From Yuukianura sp. NJ FZ-2021 (Eukaryota), in assembly GCA_046563655.1 (NCBI GenBank), contig CM102287.1:9610001-9674000 (forward strand): a stretch of DNA of 64,000 nt, written 5' to 3'. The notes below the pieces were generated by a model. That model was given only the letters and a program-made list of their open reading frames with translations. It was not told the origin of the DNA and ran no database searches. Below are positions 1 to 11,400 of this stretch, one piece after another (position 1 is the stretch's first letter; each line of letters opens with the position of its first letter). The translations under genes were made by a program, and so were the position numbers.

Positions 1-31
1 GGCACAGAGTTTTACATTTTAACCAAATCGC

Positions 32-185
32 TACTGTTGTTAAACAAGCAGTTAGATTGATGCAACTACCCCAAGCCACGCCCACCCGCAAGGAAAAGCG
101 TCATCAGTTTCATATGACATTTTGTTTAACTTTCAATGAAAAAAAAAACTGTTCCAAAAAACTTTTTTCAAAAAAAAACTGAAAT
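32..185. repeat. About 150 bp direct repeat, copy 1 (copy 2 at 2720-2847)
   Basis: tactgtt..aaaca.gca...gattga.gcaactac...ggaaaagcgtcatca.tttcat.tgaca.tttgttta...caatgaaaaaaaaactgtt is shared with 2720-2847. Confidence 0.85.
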
Positions 186-445
186 TACTAATTAGCACAA
201 ACTAAGATCCTCTTGTAAGTTTCTACAAAGGCTCCCCCCTCAAGTCCCCTTTGTCAAAAAAAGCTCACAAATTTCATAAATAATTGTTTTTATTTTTTAG
301 TTTTTGCATTGAAAAGTGAAAGTTTCGATTTTTAAAATACCATGCCATAAGCTCTAGTCGTAAAAGTTAGACAACCAGAAAAATTGAAATGCGATCTTGA
401 AATTTTGTTGTTTTCTGAGCGGTCAGAGCTTATGACCTTCTTGGC

Positions 446-2255
446 CTATTCGCCTTCAGGGATAGTCAAGTAAAATTTTCCTCTTGCACTGAAATTTCAC
501 ACAAAATTTTCAAAATTGGAGTAAAAAGTAATGTTTTTCCAGTTGAAAAATCGTTTCCGATCAAAAACTTACGTGAAATCAGTGAATTCTCCCATTTTGA
601 CCCCAAGGTCACCACTGCAAGTCCCTCTCTTGTAAGTGGCATAGTCCGCACAAGGATGGCCTAAGTACACCTTCCCCAGAATAGTCTTGCTGTAGTAGTC
701 GGGTGCCTTAATGTGGCTACACGCTCCTGCAAATTAGCAAATCACATCATTTTGGCAAAAAATTTGCAAATTACGAAATAAAGTCATTTTTGCAAAAAAT
801 TAGCAAACCTATGCAAATTTTTGCAAAATGCTGCAAAAATAACTTTTTAACTGCAAAGAACTGAAGGGACTTACCCATGACCTCTCCAACGACAGCGAAT
901 GAACAACCAGGTTGATTCTCTCCTGGAATTTCCAAAATTCAAATTTTGTGTTAAAATCTTAAATTTTCATGAAGGAAAGACAGTTTTTGTGAGGTCAAGG
1001 TCACTTACCTCCGTTGGGGTAAAAATCCACATGACCCGATTGTATGGCAGTTCCAAACGACCTTACGCTGGTTCCCATGTTAGTGTGAATCACATCTACA
1101 AATGCACCGTCTCCAGGGTCAAGTCGACTTTCAAGTGACACCGAGGGGTCACTGAATCCTGGACCGGCGGGGTCAAGGCCTAAGGTCAAGTTAATCACTA
1201 ATTAGTTAAAGTTAAGATGAAGTTAAAGTTAAGTTGACCTTTACCTGTGACACGACCAACTTGTTCATTCAGAAACTGAGCAGCATAGTACGATCCGATG
1301 CCAGCGACATGCGCACCCAGACTAAAACCTACGACATGCACATCCGACAAATTTTTGACGTAGTTGTCAGTTGGATTGCGTAGAAAGATGAGTAGTTCTG
1401 CGACATAAAGTCCCACTTTCTCAGTGTTATTTGCAGACAGGAAGTAGTTGGTCTGACGAGCAAGGTCGCGCCAGTCCACAAAAATCAAGTTTTCTTGTCG
1501 TCCTGCCTCGATGTAAGCTAAACACAAAGGTTAAAATTTAGGCTAGATAGTTAAAGTTAGATTAAAGTTTGACCTTTGACCTCTGAGACTAACCTCGAAT
1601 GATTGCTTTCGTTACAGACAATGGACTGTCGGTAGAATCTTCTGTGTATCCGTGAATCACTATGATCGTTTTCTCATCTTTGTTCCAATTGGAGTTGGCG
1701 AAAGTTTGCGGGTCACTTGGGGTCAACACTTGCTCTTCGTAGTTACTGAAAATCAAAATTTTCAAAAATTAGACTTGAAATTTTAGTTTGACCTTTTTGC
1801 GTTCATACTTTCTGCTGTTTTTCTTACTTTTTGTTGTTTTTGCCATACTTTTTGCTGTTTTTGACTTACTTTTTGCTGTTGTAGTAGTGGAATGAGGTGG
1901 CATTGTGTACTTCCGCCGTCACATTGGACAGTCCCCAGCCCTTGGAGAAGTCTATAGTGTTCTTAAGGGACAAGGGGTCAATCTTGAGTCCAGAAAGTCC
2001 AGGAATTGGGGATACTGGAATCACTGGAATGTCCAGCCATCCTCCACCAGCATCACCACCATCACGACGCCCGGGTAGTTTCGGAACTACCGCAAACTAC
2101 GAGGTCAATTAACAAAATATTTTTAGAAATTGTTAAAATTTTAGAAAATTTTAGAAATTAAAAGAAGCTCATCTTCTTAAAGTTTGCCTTACCGCAAATG
2201 AAATGTCGATGAAGACGACATTCAACAAGATGCTCGTCAAAATAATTGGCGACAT
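446..2255 (-). CDS. Secreted pancreatic-lipase-like (lipase/vitellogenin family) triacylglycerol lipase, multi-exon
   Basis: Spliced product has a signal-like start [21 protein letters not shown] and the motifs VIHGY, IFVDW, nucleophile elbow [32 protein letters not shown] and ACSH. It ends [13 protein letters not shown] at TAG 446-448. Confidence 0.9.
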
Positions 2256-2719
2256 TTGACCTTGACCTCGTGACCTTACTCTGACAATCAACAGAAAAGT
2301 CTACTCTGCTTTCTTTTTGTAAAATGAAACTTCCTTGGAATTCACTGAAAAACTGAGCCTCAAGTTATGGATTTTATAGTCCAAGATTTTATAGACTCTG
2401 GACTTAAAATACAAAGGTCAAGATAGTAGGGACGAAAAATGTGACATCGGTCGTCACTTTTTTGACGTTTTTCGTTTTTTCAAAAACAAAATTGTAGGTC
2501 ATTTCAATTTCAGATTTACTGAAACTTCATATGAGAAACGTAAACTGACATTTTTCATCTGGTGTAACAGTCCAGAGGTCACGCTAAATTTGTCTTGCAC
2601 TGTGGAACAGCAGCAAATTACAAATTACAAATTTTCAAATCAGCGTCACTTTTATGAATTTTTCAAAACTGTTTTTATTTGGAAATTGGAAAATAGCAAA
2701 CTGTGTACATTGAAATCCT

Positions 2720-2847
2720 TACTGTTATAAACAGGCACATCGATTGACGCAACTACGAGGAAAAGCGTCATCAATTTCATTTGACACTTTGTTTACTTAC
2801 AATGAAAAAAAAACTGTTTCAAAAAACTTTTAAAAAAAAACTGAAAT
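2720..2847. repeat. Direct repeat, copy 2, upstream of the lipase gene
   Basis: Aligns by eye to 32-185 with one deletion of about 20 bp. Confidence 0.85.
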
Positions 2848-3446
2848 GAAGACATTTTCCAAGTAAAACTTTCGTGAAAGGACTGATCTTTTTGTCTGTT
2901 TTGTTCCTATAACCTTTGACACAAAAAAAAAGTTACCGTGCAAAACTTATTGTCAACTTTGTCAAAAGCCGCTTTTCTTCTGAATTCGTTCAGCGGAGGT
3001 CTCAATTTTTTGAACAATCGCTTTTCAATGTCCGTTTCTTTTCTTTATTTCCAAAAAATAGCCGCTTCATCTTTGAAACCTTAAACGCAGCACCTTAAAA
3101 GTCTGCGATTGGTTTCCATTCATTTTCTGAAAAAGTTAACTTAACAAGGACAGCTAGAGTCAAATTCAGGAAAAAAGAGTTTCTCGTTTTTCAAAAAAAA
3201 GATACGCGTTTTTAAAATTTTAGAACAAGAATACATAACTTTAGCATAAAATACTTACAGAAATAGTTGTGTTTTGTAATTAACAGCTAATTTAAAAAAT
3301 GGCAGGAGACAGATTACGACAAGACGGCTGAAACTTGGACTCACACGCTTGAAGATTGTTTAAAAAGACTTTTTTTAAAAACCAGTTTTAAAACTCTTCA
3401 AAATTTTGAAGATATGTGTTGCTTTCTGTACAAAAATGTTGGTCCT

Positions 3447-5057
3447 TCACTTGACGAATATCACAGTATCTCTTTTGAAACGGACGTTGACGACGACAGT
3501 GGCGTACTCACCGAATGTAAAAATGGAGTAGAGGAAGTGCGTGCAGAAGTATTCGTGCAGGAGGTAGCCAGCGAACATCCAGAGGATGAAGAACGTCTGC
3601 AGCAGAATGAGGATTCCGATGTGTCGGTAGTAGTTGTCGACGTCTTCATTGAAAAATATTGTTTTGTTTCTCTTCAAGTATCGAGTAAAATACTGCATCA
3701 GTTCCGCAATATAAGTGAGCACCAGGAACAAAATGAAGAAGAAACGATGTGCTTGCCAATCACAGTCAAGAGAAAAGGCGGGAATCATGAGCAGCGACAC
3801 CTAACAAAAATTTTGAAACAAAGATTTAGAACAAAGATATAAAAAACTCAAAGTTTGGTTGAAGCCTCAGACATTAGATTTTTTGATTTTGTGAATTTCC
3901 CTTACAATTTCGATATTGTCAGCGTAGTAGGAAATTGTCAAGAAAATTTTGTTGAACCTGGTTGGCTCGAACCTGGAAACAGAAGCAAGAGGATTTTTTA
4001 AGAAATCGAATTCTTGAAGAAAACGGAATTTTTTGAAAAATCGAACTTTTGTAAAATCTAAAGCAGCTTTGTACCATGATTCGTAGAGTTTGTGCAGAAA
4101 AGTGTTTGAAGCAAGTCGAGCGACGAAGGCCAAGGCGATTACGACCGTCCAAAGAATTGTTCCAACCCGAAAACTGCTCATGGTTCTGGACAGTGACGGA
4201 AGGATATTGAACGGATACTCCTCTTTAGTAGTTTCACCTACAGTACAAACTTCTCTAGTCGCTTTGGAGTAATCGATTATCAACGACCATCCAATTGCTA
4301 TTGCCATTGTCAGCCACATTGCACGTTCCAGCCATCCAAAGAATCTTCCAAAATCCAATTCAACTAAAAATCAATTACTAAATCAGATACGTCGAACATG
4401 ATGATAGCACTGGAAGCTTAAGCGATTAGAATTCATCAATTTCACCTTTGATTTTCAACGAAACTGCTTGTTCTCCGCTTGGTCCTGGAAGTCCATCGGG
4501 CTGATCACTAAGTTCTTCTGGACGGTCAGGCGGAGGTGACCCTGCTGGTGGTCCAACTGTAGTTCCAGTCGGTACTCCTCCAGCGATAGACACTGCAACA
4601 AAAACGTAAAACTTTCGTTTTGGAAATGTTTTCTAGAAAAACTTTGTCTGAAAAGTTGAGTTTCCTCAACTTACCAATACTAGACTTCTTGCCATGCCTG
4701 ACACTTGGTCTTGGAAGGGCAAAGATTGGATATCGAATCAACTCCGAGGCTCCTTGAGTAAGCAAATCCTGGACACCATGTTGAGTACCTGCAATGGACA
4801 CAACGACAGTATTTCGTTTTTTCACTTTTTTAAAACAGAGGTCACTCGGGAGCAACACTCCTCGTTCAAGTCTGTCGAGCCACATTTCTTTGTTCAAAGT
4901 GAACTTTATAATTGTTGTGCGTCATACCATTGGTGGCAGGCTGTTCACTCTGGATATTGGACAACTCCGTGGCATTTAGCAGCTTCTCATCAACAGTAGG
5001 CAGGGAAGTTGGACGTATTCCCACGGTCTTTGGATGGAGTTTGTACTTGAACGACAT
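3447..5057 (-). CDS. PGAP2/Frag1/DRAM-like membrane protein with a low-complexity N-terminal extension
   Basis: C..FNILPSLS, LWTVVIALAFVARL and YLLHEYFCTHFLYSIFTFGEYATVVVNVRF resemble the PGAP2 motifs NYLPSIS, WR.CI.LH..PR and RHN.YC..GVYT.FA..EY.VV..N. Upstream exons (MSFKYKLHP...) join in frame through intron 4364-4445. Confidence 0.75.
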
Positions 5058-5797
5058 TCTTATAGGCTTCTTGGTCCAAGATTTCCCACGCCTCTAGCAA
5101 AATTGGACGCAATACCCGGCAGCAGACGTGCAAATTAGAAATTTGGAGCTTAACTAGGAATTATTCTGGAAGAAATGAAGTCCATTGTGTTAAAAAATCA
5201 AGGTTTTCCTTATCTCTTCCTTTCTGTTGTGCAAATAAGTGTTATCTTTTTTTGCAAAGTGTTATGTACATACTTACCTTAACTAAACATGTCACTCCAC
5301 TTATGCCAATAACTCCACAGCCACTTTGTCCTAATTCTGCCACTGTCATGCATTTTTGCGGTAACCTGACTAAAGAGAGAATGTGTTAGTTAAACGGAAC
5401 TTGACATAAAAGTTTCGGCTTAATTAGTGAGTCAAACAATGACAAATCAAAGGAAGTTGTGGGATTAATAGCTAAAGCTTACGTCAAATCAGCTGATTGA
5501 TTCTCGGCTCCTGTCCCGCTCTTCACCTCAGAGTCCAATGTCCAAGTCATACCTTGTCCTGTCCATCCCGAACCAGAACCGGTACCGGTAATACCGACAC
5601 GGTTTCCGGTACCGGTTTGAAGTTATGTCTAGTAGATGAATTGACCTTTGACCCGAAACAGAACAAAAAAAAATGATTAATTGAAATTAGTATTACTTCC
5701 GGTACAAACTTTTTATTCAGACCAAGAAAGTGTTAAAAATTAATTAGGATTTCATCTAATTAGACGTGCCTGGTCGATCGGGTAATTAAAGTGGATT

Positions 5798-6766
5798 TTA
5801 TGGCTTGCATTCCTCATGAAATGGATCCAAATTTCGTAAATCCCGCCACGTCGGTGGAGTATTGTTGACAAGATGGAGTCCACACTTTTTGCAAGGCAGA
5901 GAGAATAAAGTAACATAGGAATGGAACCAAGTGATGTACGATCTGACGGACATTTCTGGATGAATTGGAACATAGAAGTGGAGCATGGCTGCGTTGGCAT
6001 TGTCCGTAACTTTCTGGAATATTTTATACTTCGATTCAGTCCAGAGATCCAGTTCACCATTTTCCAGTTGCATGTCTTCGCTAATCCCGCGTACCATGAC
6101 CCACTCAATTAGCCATCCTTTCAAGATGATTACTGCCCGAAGAGTCCGTCCCAGAGTGACACAAAGTACGGTGTTGGAACCGAGTGGTCGCATGACCTTG
6201 ATGTCCATGTCCTTGTAGGCAGCATTGATAGACATAATGGAATTGTCAATCACGGCAGGATTCTGGACGTTGAAAGCCGATGTGGTGAGGATTTTCCGAC
6301 GTTTGGCTGACAGACTGGCTCCGAAGTAGGTTCTCTTCAGTGGATTTTGGCCAAGGAGGGGTACAGCCAGTCCAGCATATTCGTGAACCTTCTCCAGCCA
6401 TTTGTAGCTGTCAATTAGTTGAGAGTAGAGAGGAATCTTGTCAGCACTGACTTCCTGATTAATCTGACTTGTATTGCCAAGGGTGAATCCACTGGTGGGA
6501 GCATTTAGACTCATGATTAACTTTTCTAGTTCTCTGACATTGGCAATGACCCGTTGCATGTTGGCGTTCAGTTCAACCTTGAAGTTCCGTTCTTTCTCTT
6601 CCGGTGTCAAAGGTTCTGGAGCAGAGGTGTTTGAGTTCTCCAAGTGGTTAGTGATCGACTCAAAAACGTTGTTCATACTACATCGCAGCATCTTGACGTG
6701 CCCTAATGAATTCTGGAGGGTCTCCATCGTAGTGGCGTTCAGTATACTATCTGGTATTGGATTCAT
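5798..6766 (-). CDS. MED27: Mediator subunit 27, intronless CDS
   Basis: LYSQLIDSYKWLEKVHEY, LKGWLIEWVMVRG, SKYKIFQKVTDNANAAMLHF and C-terminal Zn-site CKKCG...PPTWRDLRNLDPFHEECK. The ATG at 6766 follows a splice acceptor. Confidence 0.95.
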   Translation of the reverse strand: MNPIPDSILNATTMETLQNSLGHVKMLRCSMNNVFESITNHLENSNTSAPEPLTPEEKERNFKVELNANMQRVIANVRELEKLIMSLNAPTSGFTLGNTSQINQEVSADKIPLYSQLIDSYKWLEKVHEYAGLAVPLLGQNPLKRTYFGASLSAKRRKILTTSAFNVQNPAVIDNSIMSINAAYKDMDIKVMRPLGSNTVLCVTLGRTLRAVIILKGWLIEWVMVRGISEDMQLENGELDLWTESKYKIFQKVTDNANAAMLHFYVPIHPEMSVRSYITWFHSYVTLFSLPCKKCGLHLVNNTPPTWRDLRNLDPFHEECKP

Positions 6767-7250
6767 CTTGGTCAAGGTCACCTAAAATTTGCAAATAAAT
6801 ACAGACAAACGTTTTTCTTACTAAATAACATGTCAAATTTCGGCAGTCTCAAAAGCGTAAATTACAAATTATAGTAACATAAGTTATATATTTTACCTTT
6901 TACCACAAAGCTCGATTCTCTTGGCTTGACCTTTGACCTGAAACCCGGCCTTTAGATCTAAGAACAATTGAAACAAGATCAACTAATTAATTAAACATTG
7001 AACATGAAATTAATCGGTGCGCTGTTAAAAATTATAACAGCAAACAAAAATCAAAACAAAATAAAATTGGCAAGTTAAAATTTTACGCAGCACAACCCAC
7101 CTTATCACTCTTCAGATTTGGGCAACCTCAATAATTCAAAAATAATTAAATTAATTAAATTTAAATACCATACGATTAATTAATACGTAAAATATTTTAA
7201 AGTTTTATGATTTCTGATTTTTTTAATAATGTTGGTCCACGGTCATGGTT

Positions 7251-7261
7251 AACATGGCGGC
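7251..7261 (+). promoter_or_regulatory. YY1/Pho-like motif in the MED27/LYRM7 divergent promoter
   Basis: AACATGGCGGC matches the YY1 consensus AANATGGCGGC and lies between two head-to-head genes. Confidence 0.4.
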
Positions 7262-7874
7262 GGACCCATCCAAAAAGTGGGAAGACGTTAATCAGTACAA
7301 GACTAATTAACACTTCGGAAAGAAAAAGTAATCTTTCTCAAGAAAGTGAAGATAGGTGAACCAACGGATGCAAAAATCGAGAGACGACTATGAACAAAAT
7401 TCTAAATATTGCAACATAAATTCATTTTATAAAACACTACATTCCACTGGGAACTTTATTTTTGGAAATTTTTAACACTAGACAAACAATTAGAAAATTT
7501 TGAATGGCTTTAACACCATTCAATTTCATTTTCCTAATGTCATTCTCATTAGTGTAAGTTTTTTTTACTAAAAAAAAGAATGAGGGTGTGTGTGGAGGAC
7601 TTTTAGTCGAACCGGGTAAGAGCGGGAAAACTTTTTTGAAATTGGAATTCTTGTTAACTTTCAACTTTGACTTTTCAAAAAAAATTCACACGCTATGGCC
7701 TATGGCTTTTGTTTAATTTTTAATTAAAAATTAATGCAACAATTTAAATTGAAGTTAAAGTAAGCTAATTGATAAAAATTGTTCACGATATGACATTTGA
7801 GTCAGGACGTTTTTACTGAGACTTCCAGGCATATCAATAACGAATTATTGGTGAATCGCTGAATCTTGCCGAAA

Positions 7875-8481
7875 ATGTCTTCCTCCAGGTCAAAGGTAAA
7901 GTTGTGTTTAAGTTTAATTAATCGACATTAGTAATGACAAATTGGAGATGTTGATTGAATAGGTGTTGTCAATTTACAAGGCGATACAGAGGACACGACA
8001 AGATGTTTTTGCTGGAGACGAATCAGCTCTCAGTTGTAAGGATAAACTGTTCTCTCGAAAACGATTTTCAATTTTTGATTTGAGAATACTATTTTACGAT
8101 TTGTAGATGTTCGTGTAAAAATTAAAGAAGAATTTGAGCGGTTCAAGTCAGTGAAAGATCCTGCTGAAATTCAGAATTTGATAAAAGGTTGGTCTTCTGC
8201 TGAGCGATCAAACTTCTGTTCTTCCTAAGTTTCACAGAGTTGCTAATTTTATTTTTTACAGTGGCGGAAGAGAGCGAGGAAATTCTGAGAACGAAGGTGA
8301 TTCAAGCCAAAGAAGTTCGGCCGAACGTTTTTCGTAAGAAACTTGTACTTCATAAAATCTTAAACAAAAGACCTTAAAATTGTTCTGAATCTCCCCGTTT
8401 TTAGAACTCCGATCGGACCATTTGCAGCAAAAATGTACGAATGTCCGAGAGACCTGTGCTGACTGTACTTGTCAACCTTAA
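7875..8481 (+). CDS. LYRM7: Complex III assembly factor LYRM7 (Mzm1), 5 exons
   Basis: Spliced product MSSSRSKVLSIYKAIQRTRQDVFAGDESALSSVRVKIKEEF...DPAEIQNLIKVAEESEEILRTKVIQA matches the LYRM7 pattern (RTR..VF..D..AL..AR.KI.EEF...L...VIQ). Not in the ORF track. Confidence 0.85.
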
Positions 8482-8885
8482 AACCGCCCTGAAATGGATT
8501 CTTCTTTGTTTACTTTTCCAACAGCAGTAACTTCTTAATTACCCATTGTCTTAAAAATCATTTTTAGAATCAATTAAAGAAACTTCTAGTCACAATTTGC
8601 TCATCAATGGAATTCCTTCGCGAGAATTCTAGAATTCTAGGAAGTGTCCACCCTCCCGAGTCCTCATCTTGCTATAGTGGTCACGCCATGGAACAGGTAC
8701 TATGCTAATATTTTACTTAACTTTAACTTGATTGTTAACTTTAAATGTAACTACAATTAACAGGAAGGTCTCATTTTTAATTGGGCATTGTTTCTAGACG
8801 GAGCATTCCAGCGAGCCTCTGCTAATTCAAGCGACTGCTTCAAATTCTTTTCGTGGGAGACAAAGGATTGACGACATCTTGCAAC

Positions 8886-9631
8886 ATGTTGACCTTGCCA
8901 ATGCCAACTAAAGCTGACCTCCTGCGGATCCTTGTGGTCATCGCGTCGGTGATTGGAATCGCTGTAAGTGTCAACGTTATAGTAACGTTTCAAAAAAATC
9001 TATTGTTACAGTACTGAAAACTAGCAATGCCGTCCATTTTGTTCTCAAAGGCCCACGTTTCTTCCATCGTTACTTACATGTACTGTCGCTGTAACCCAGT
9101 TGGCATGGATTTTAAGTCACCGTCAGTCAAGATCGCCTTGACGTACGTCATGTCCTACAAGCAGATCAATCGGTACGAGGCTGTCATGAAAATTGTGGCT
9201 GAAGGGGGCGGAGTCTTGGCTTACATTTGTCTTCTCGTCGCTGCCGTCAGGGTATGGCTAAAAGCCACACGTGAATTTTTTTTTTCAAAAACACTAGTTC
9301 TTCGAAAGACGGAAAAAGTTCGTCTATAGTAATTGTTCGTTTTTTGAATCAGCGCTCCATGGCTGCTGTCATTCTTTTCCTGACGTTGGCCATTTTGTAC
9401 CTCACTGGAATCGCTGGTCACTTGTACATTCTGTTCCGGATGTGGCGTATGGGATTCAAAATGGTGGACTTGAATGACGAAATTGGCACGGCCGTTTTGA
9501 CTTTCACTTACGAATACTTTGCAGTACTACTGGCACTGGCTCTGCTCATTCACATTTGGCGTAAAGCCAAACTCCGGGAATTTGAGACAGTCATGGAGGC
9601 TACTGGAACGTACAACGAAATACCCGTCTAA
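8886..9631 (+). CDS. Uncharacterised four-transmembrane protein (LAPTM/DUF4728-like topology)
   Basis: Spliced MLTLPMPTKADLLRILVVIASVIGIA|AHVSSIVTY...GVLAYICLLVAAVR|RSMAAVILFLTLAILY...FAVLLALALLIHIW has four hydrophobic segments and GT-AG introns. Confidence 0.6.
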
Positions 9632-10929
9632 GGAATGCCCAGTGTGCAGTTTTAATGTATTTTAAAAGTTTACCTGCCTAGTTGCTTTTCTTTTCGTTTT
9701 TCAATCGTTTTCCAAACGATTTTTGTTCATTTTACAAGACTTTTCTGACTCTTCTGCTTCAAGCCTTTTGCTTCTTCCAAGCGGCCAATCTTGGGCAATA
9801 TTTTTTCTTTTCGGCTCCTGTTGCGTCTTTTTCTGCTTTTGTTGTTTTGTTTGTTGTACAATTCCATTTGTAATCCATGACCCCGAACGAAACTTGGACT
9901 CCTTCCGGGATAAGGTTGGTCTGTGGACATAGGCAGACTCGTGTGACACCATTCCATTTCGTCACCAGTCAAATCCGGAGCTGGACCATTTGTATATTAA
10001 CTGATACTTTCGGCGTTGCCTAATTCATTTCAATTAGTGACTTGTAATTAAATGGTTTTTGCAAAAAGTTAAGTCCCAGATTGACTCTATTTTTAGTATT
10101 TTAATAGTCGGATTAGTTTTGGCGAGGTTATTTTTGGTGTCTTGTGGACATGGACATCGAGGATTTCTAGCGGAGCCAAGGATTTAGGGGTGTAAATTCG
10201 CCACCGCTTTTTCGAAATCCGGAAGTCGGATTATGATAGATTTAGACTAAAAAATCCGGATTTCGGAATAATTATGGAATTCTTTGAAGAAGATCCTTGA
10301 ACAATGTGACTTTTGGGGGTAGCTTGGGGTTTGGAACATCCTAGAAGAGGCTGAGAGGGGGATTAATTATTGAGTAAACTATTTTGAAACTGGGCTTTAC
10401 CACTTGAAACTGCTTCTGAGGAAACAATTCCACAGTTGACCTCTGACCCCTTCTGTCCTTCTGTGGAAATGTTATGGTAAAACCACAACAAATCCATATC
10501 TGGTAATCACCTCAACAAATATTATTGTTGTCTTTACAATTTTACAACTTTACTGCGTTTCCTCTCACCCTCTCTAATGCCTTTGGCGTGGTTCGGTTCT
10601 TACCACATCCATGTCCATGCACATCCCATGACACCAAGTTCTGGATTTAATAGTTGATTCAACTCACAAAGTCAAGTCAGTTCATCTCCAGACGTCTTAC
10701 TGAATATAGCTTCCAGAAGTCTACGATTACTGATTAATCTGCGCTTAATATTTTGCTACTCAATTGACAAGGAAACTCCTCTGCTCAAATCTCCAACTCT
10801 GCTCGGTATCACTACGGTCAAGGTTTCCTGGACAGGTCAATTGAGGTCACTTCGTCACCACTCAATTCAGTGGACGCTGGAACTTCAGCGATAAAAGAAA
10901 GTACTGGCCAAATACTGACATACTTGCAG

Positions 10930-11400
10930 CTTCACCCCGACGGTTTCCGCCATTCACCTCCAACGTTCTGCTGACGATTCGCTGGACACTTTACGACGGG
11001 ACACACATCGGTTGACAGATTGTGCTAAAATGGTAGTTGACATGGACGATGCACATCGGGCAGTTCTGGATCGCTGTTCAGAGAGTATCCTGTGTGACCT
11101 GGACTACAATCTAGTCTGTGCTAATCTCATTCTTACTGGAGTGCTCAACTGGAAACTTCATCATATCATCAATGCTCGGCCCACTAATCGGTTGAAAATC
11201 AGAGCCCTCCTTGCCATTCTACCTCGACGGTAACTAAACTTAAGTTGATCATCAATTAATCGATTAACCCAGTGTCCTTCATATCTTTTGTTGTAACTTC
11301 CAGGGGTCCACTGGCTTTTCAACGTTTCCTTGCGGCCTTGGATGCAGCCGACTATGTATGGCTCGTTGAAGAAATTAACCGTGCTCTGTACGACGTGTAA
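10930..11400 (+). CDS. CARD-domain protein (RAIDD/caspase-prodomain-like); 5' exons uncertain
   Basis: MDDAHRAVLDRCSESILCDLD...LILTGVL...I.ARPTNRLKIRALLAILPRR|GPLAFQRFLAALDAADYVWLVEEI fits the CARD pattern (M...HR..L...R..L..DL; LL..LP.RGP.AF..FL.AL). Confidence 0.75.

Noticed and set aside
9012..9027. In-frame TGA (possible selenocysteine) if the acceptor at 9011 is used
   Set aside because: A downstream pyrimidine-rich acceptor at 9050 gives an uninterrupted frame, and no SECIS element was recognised.
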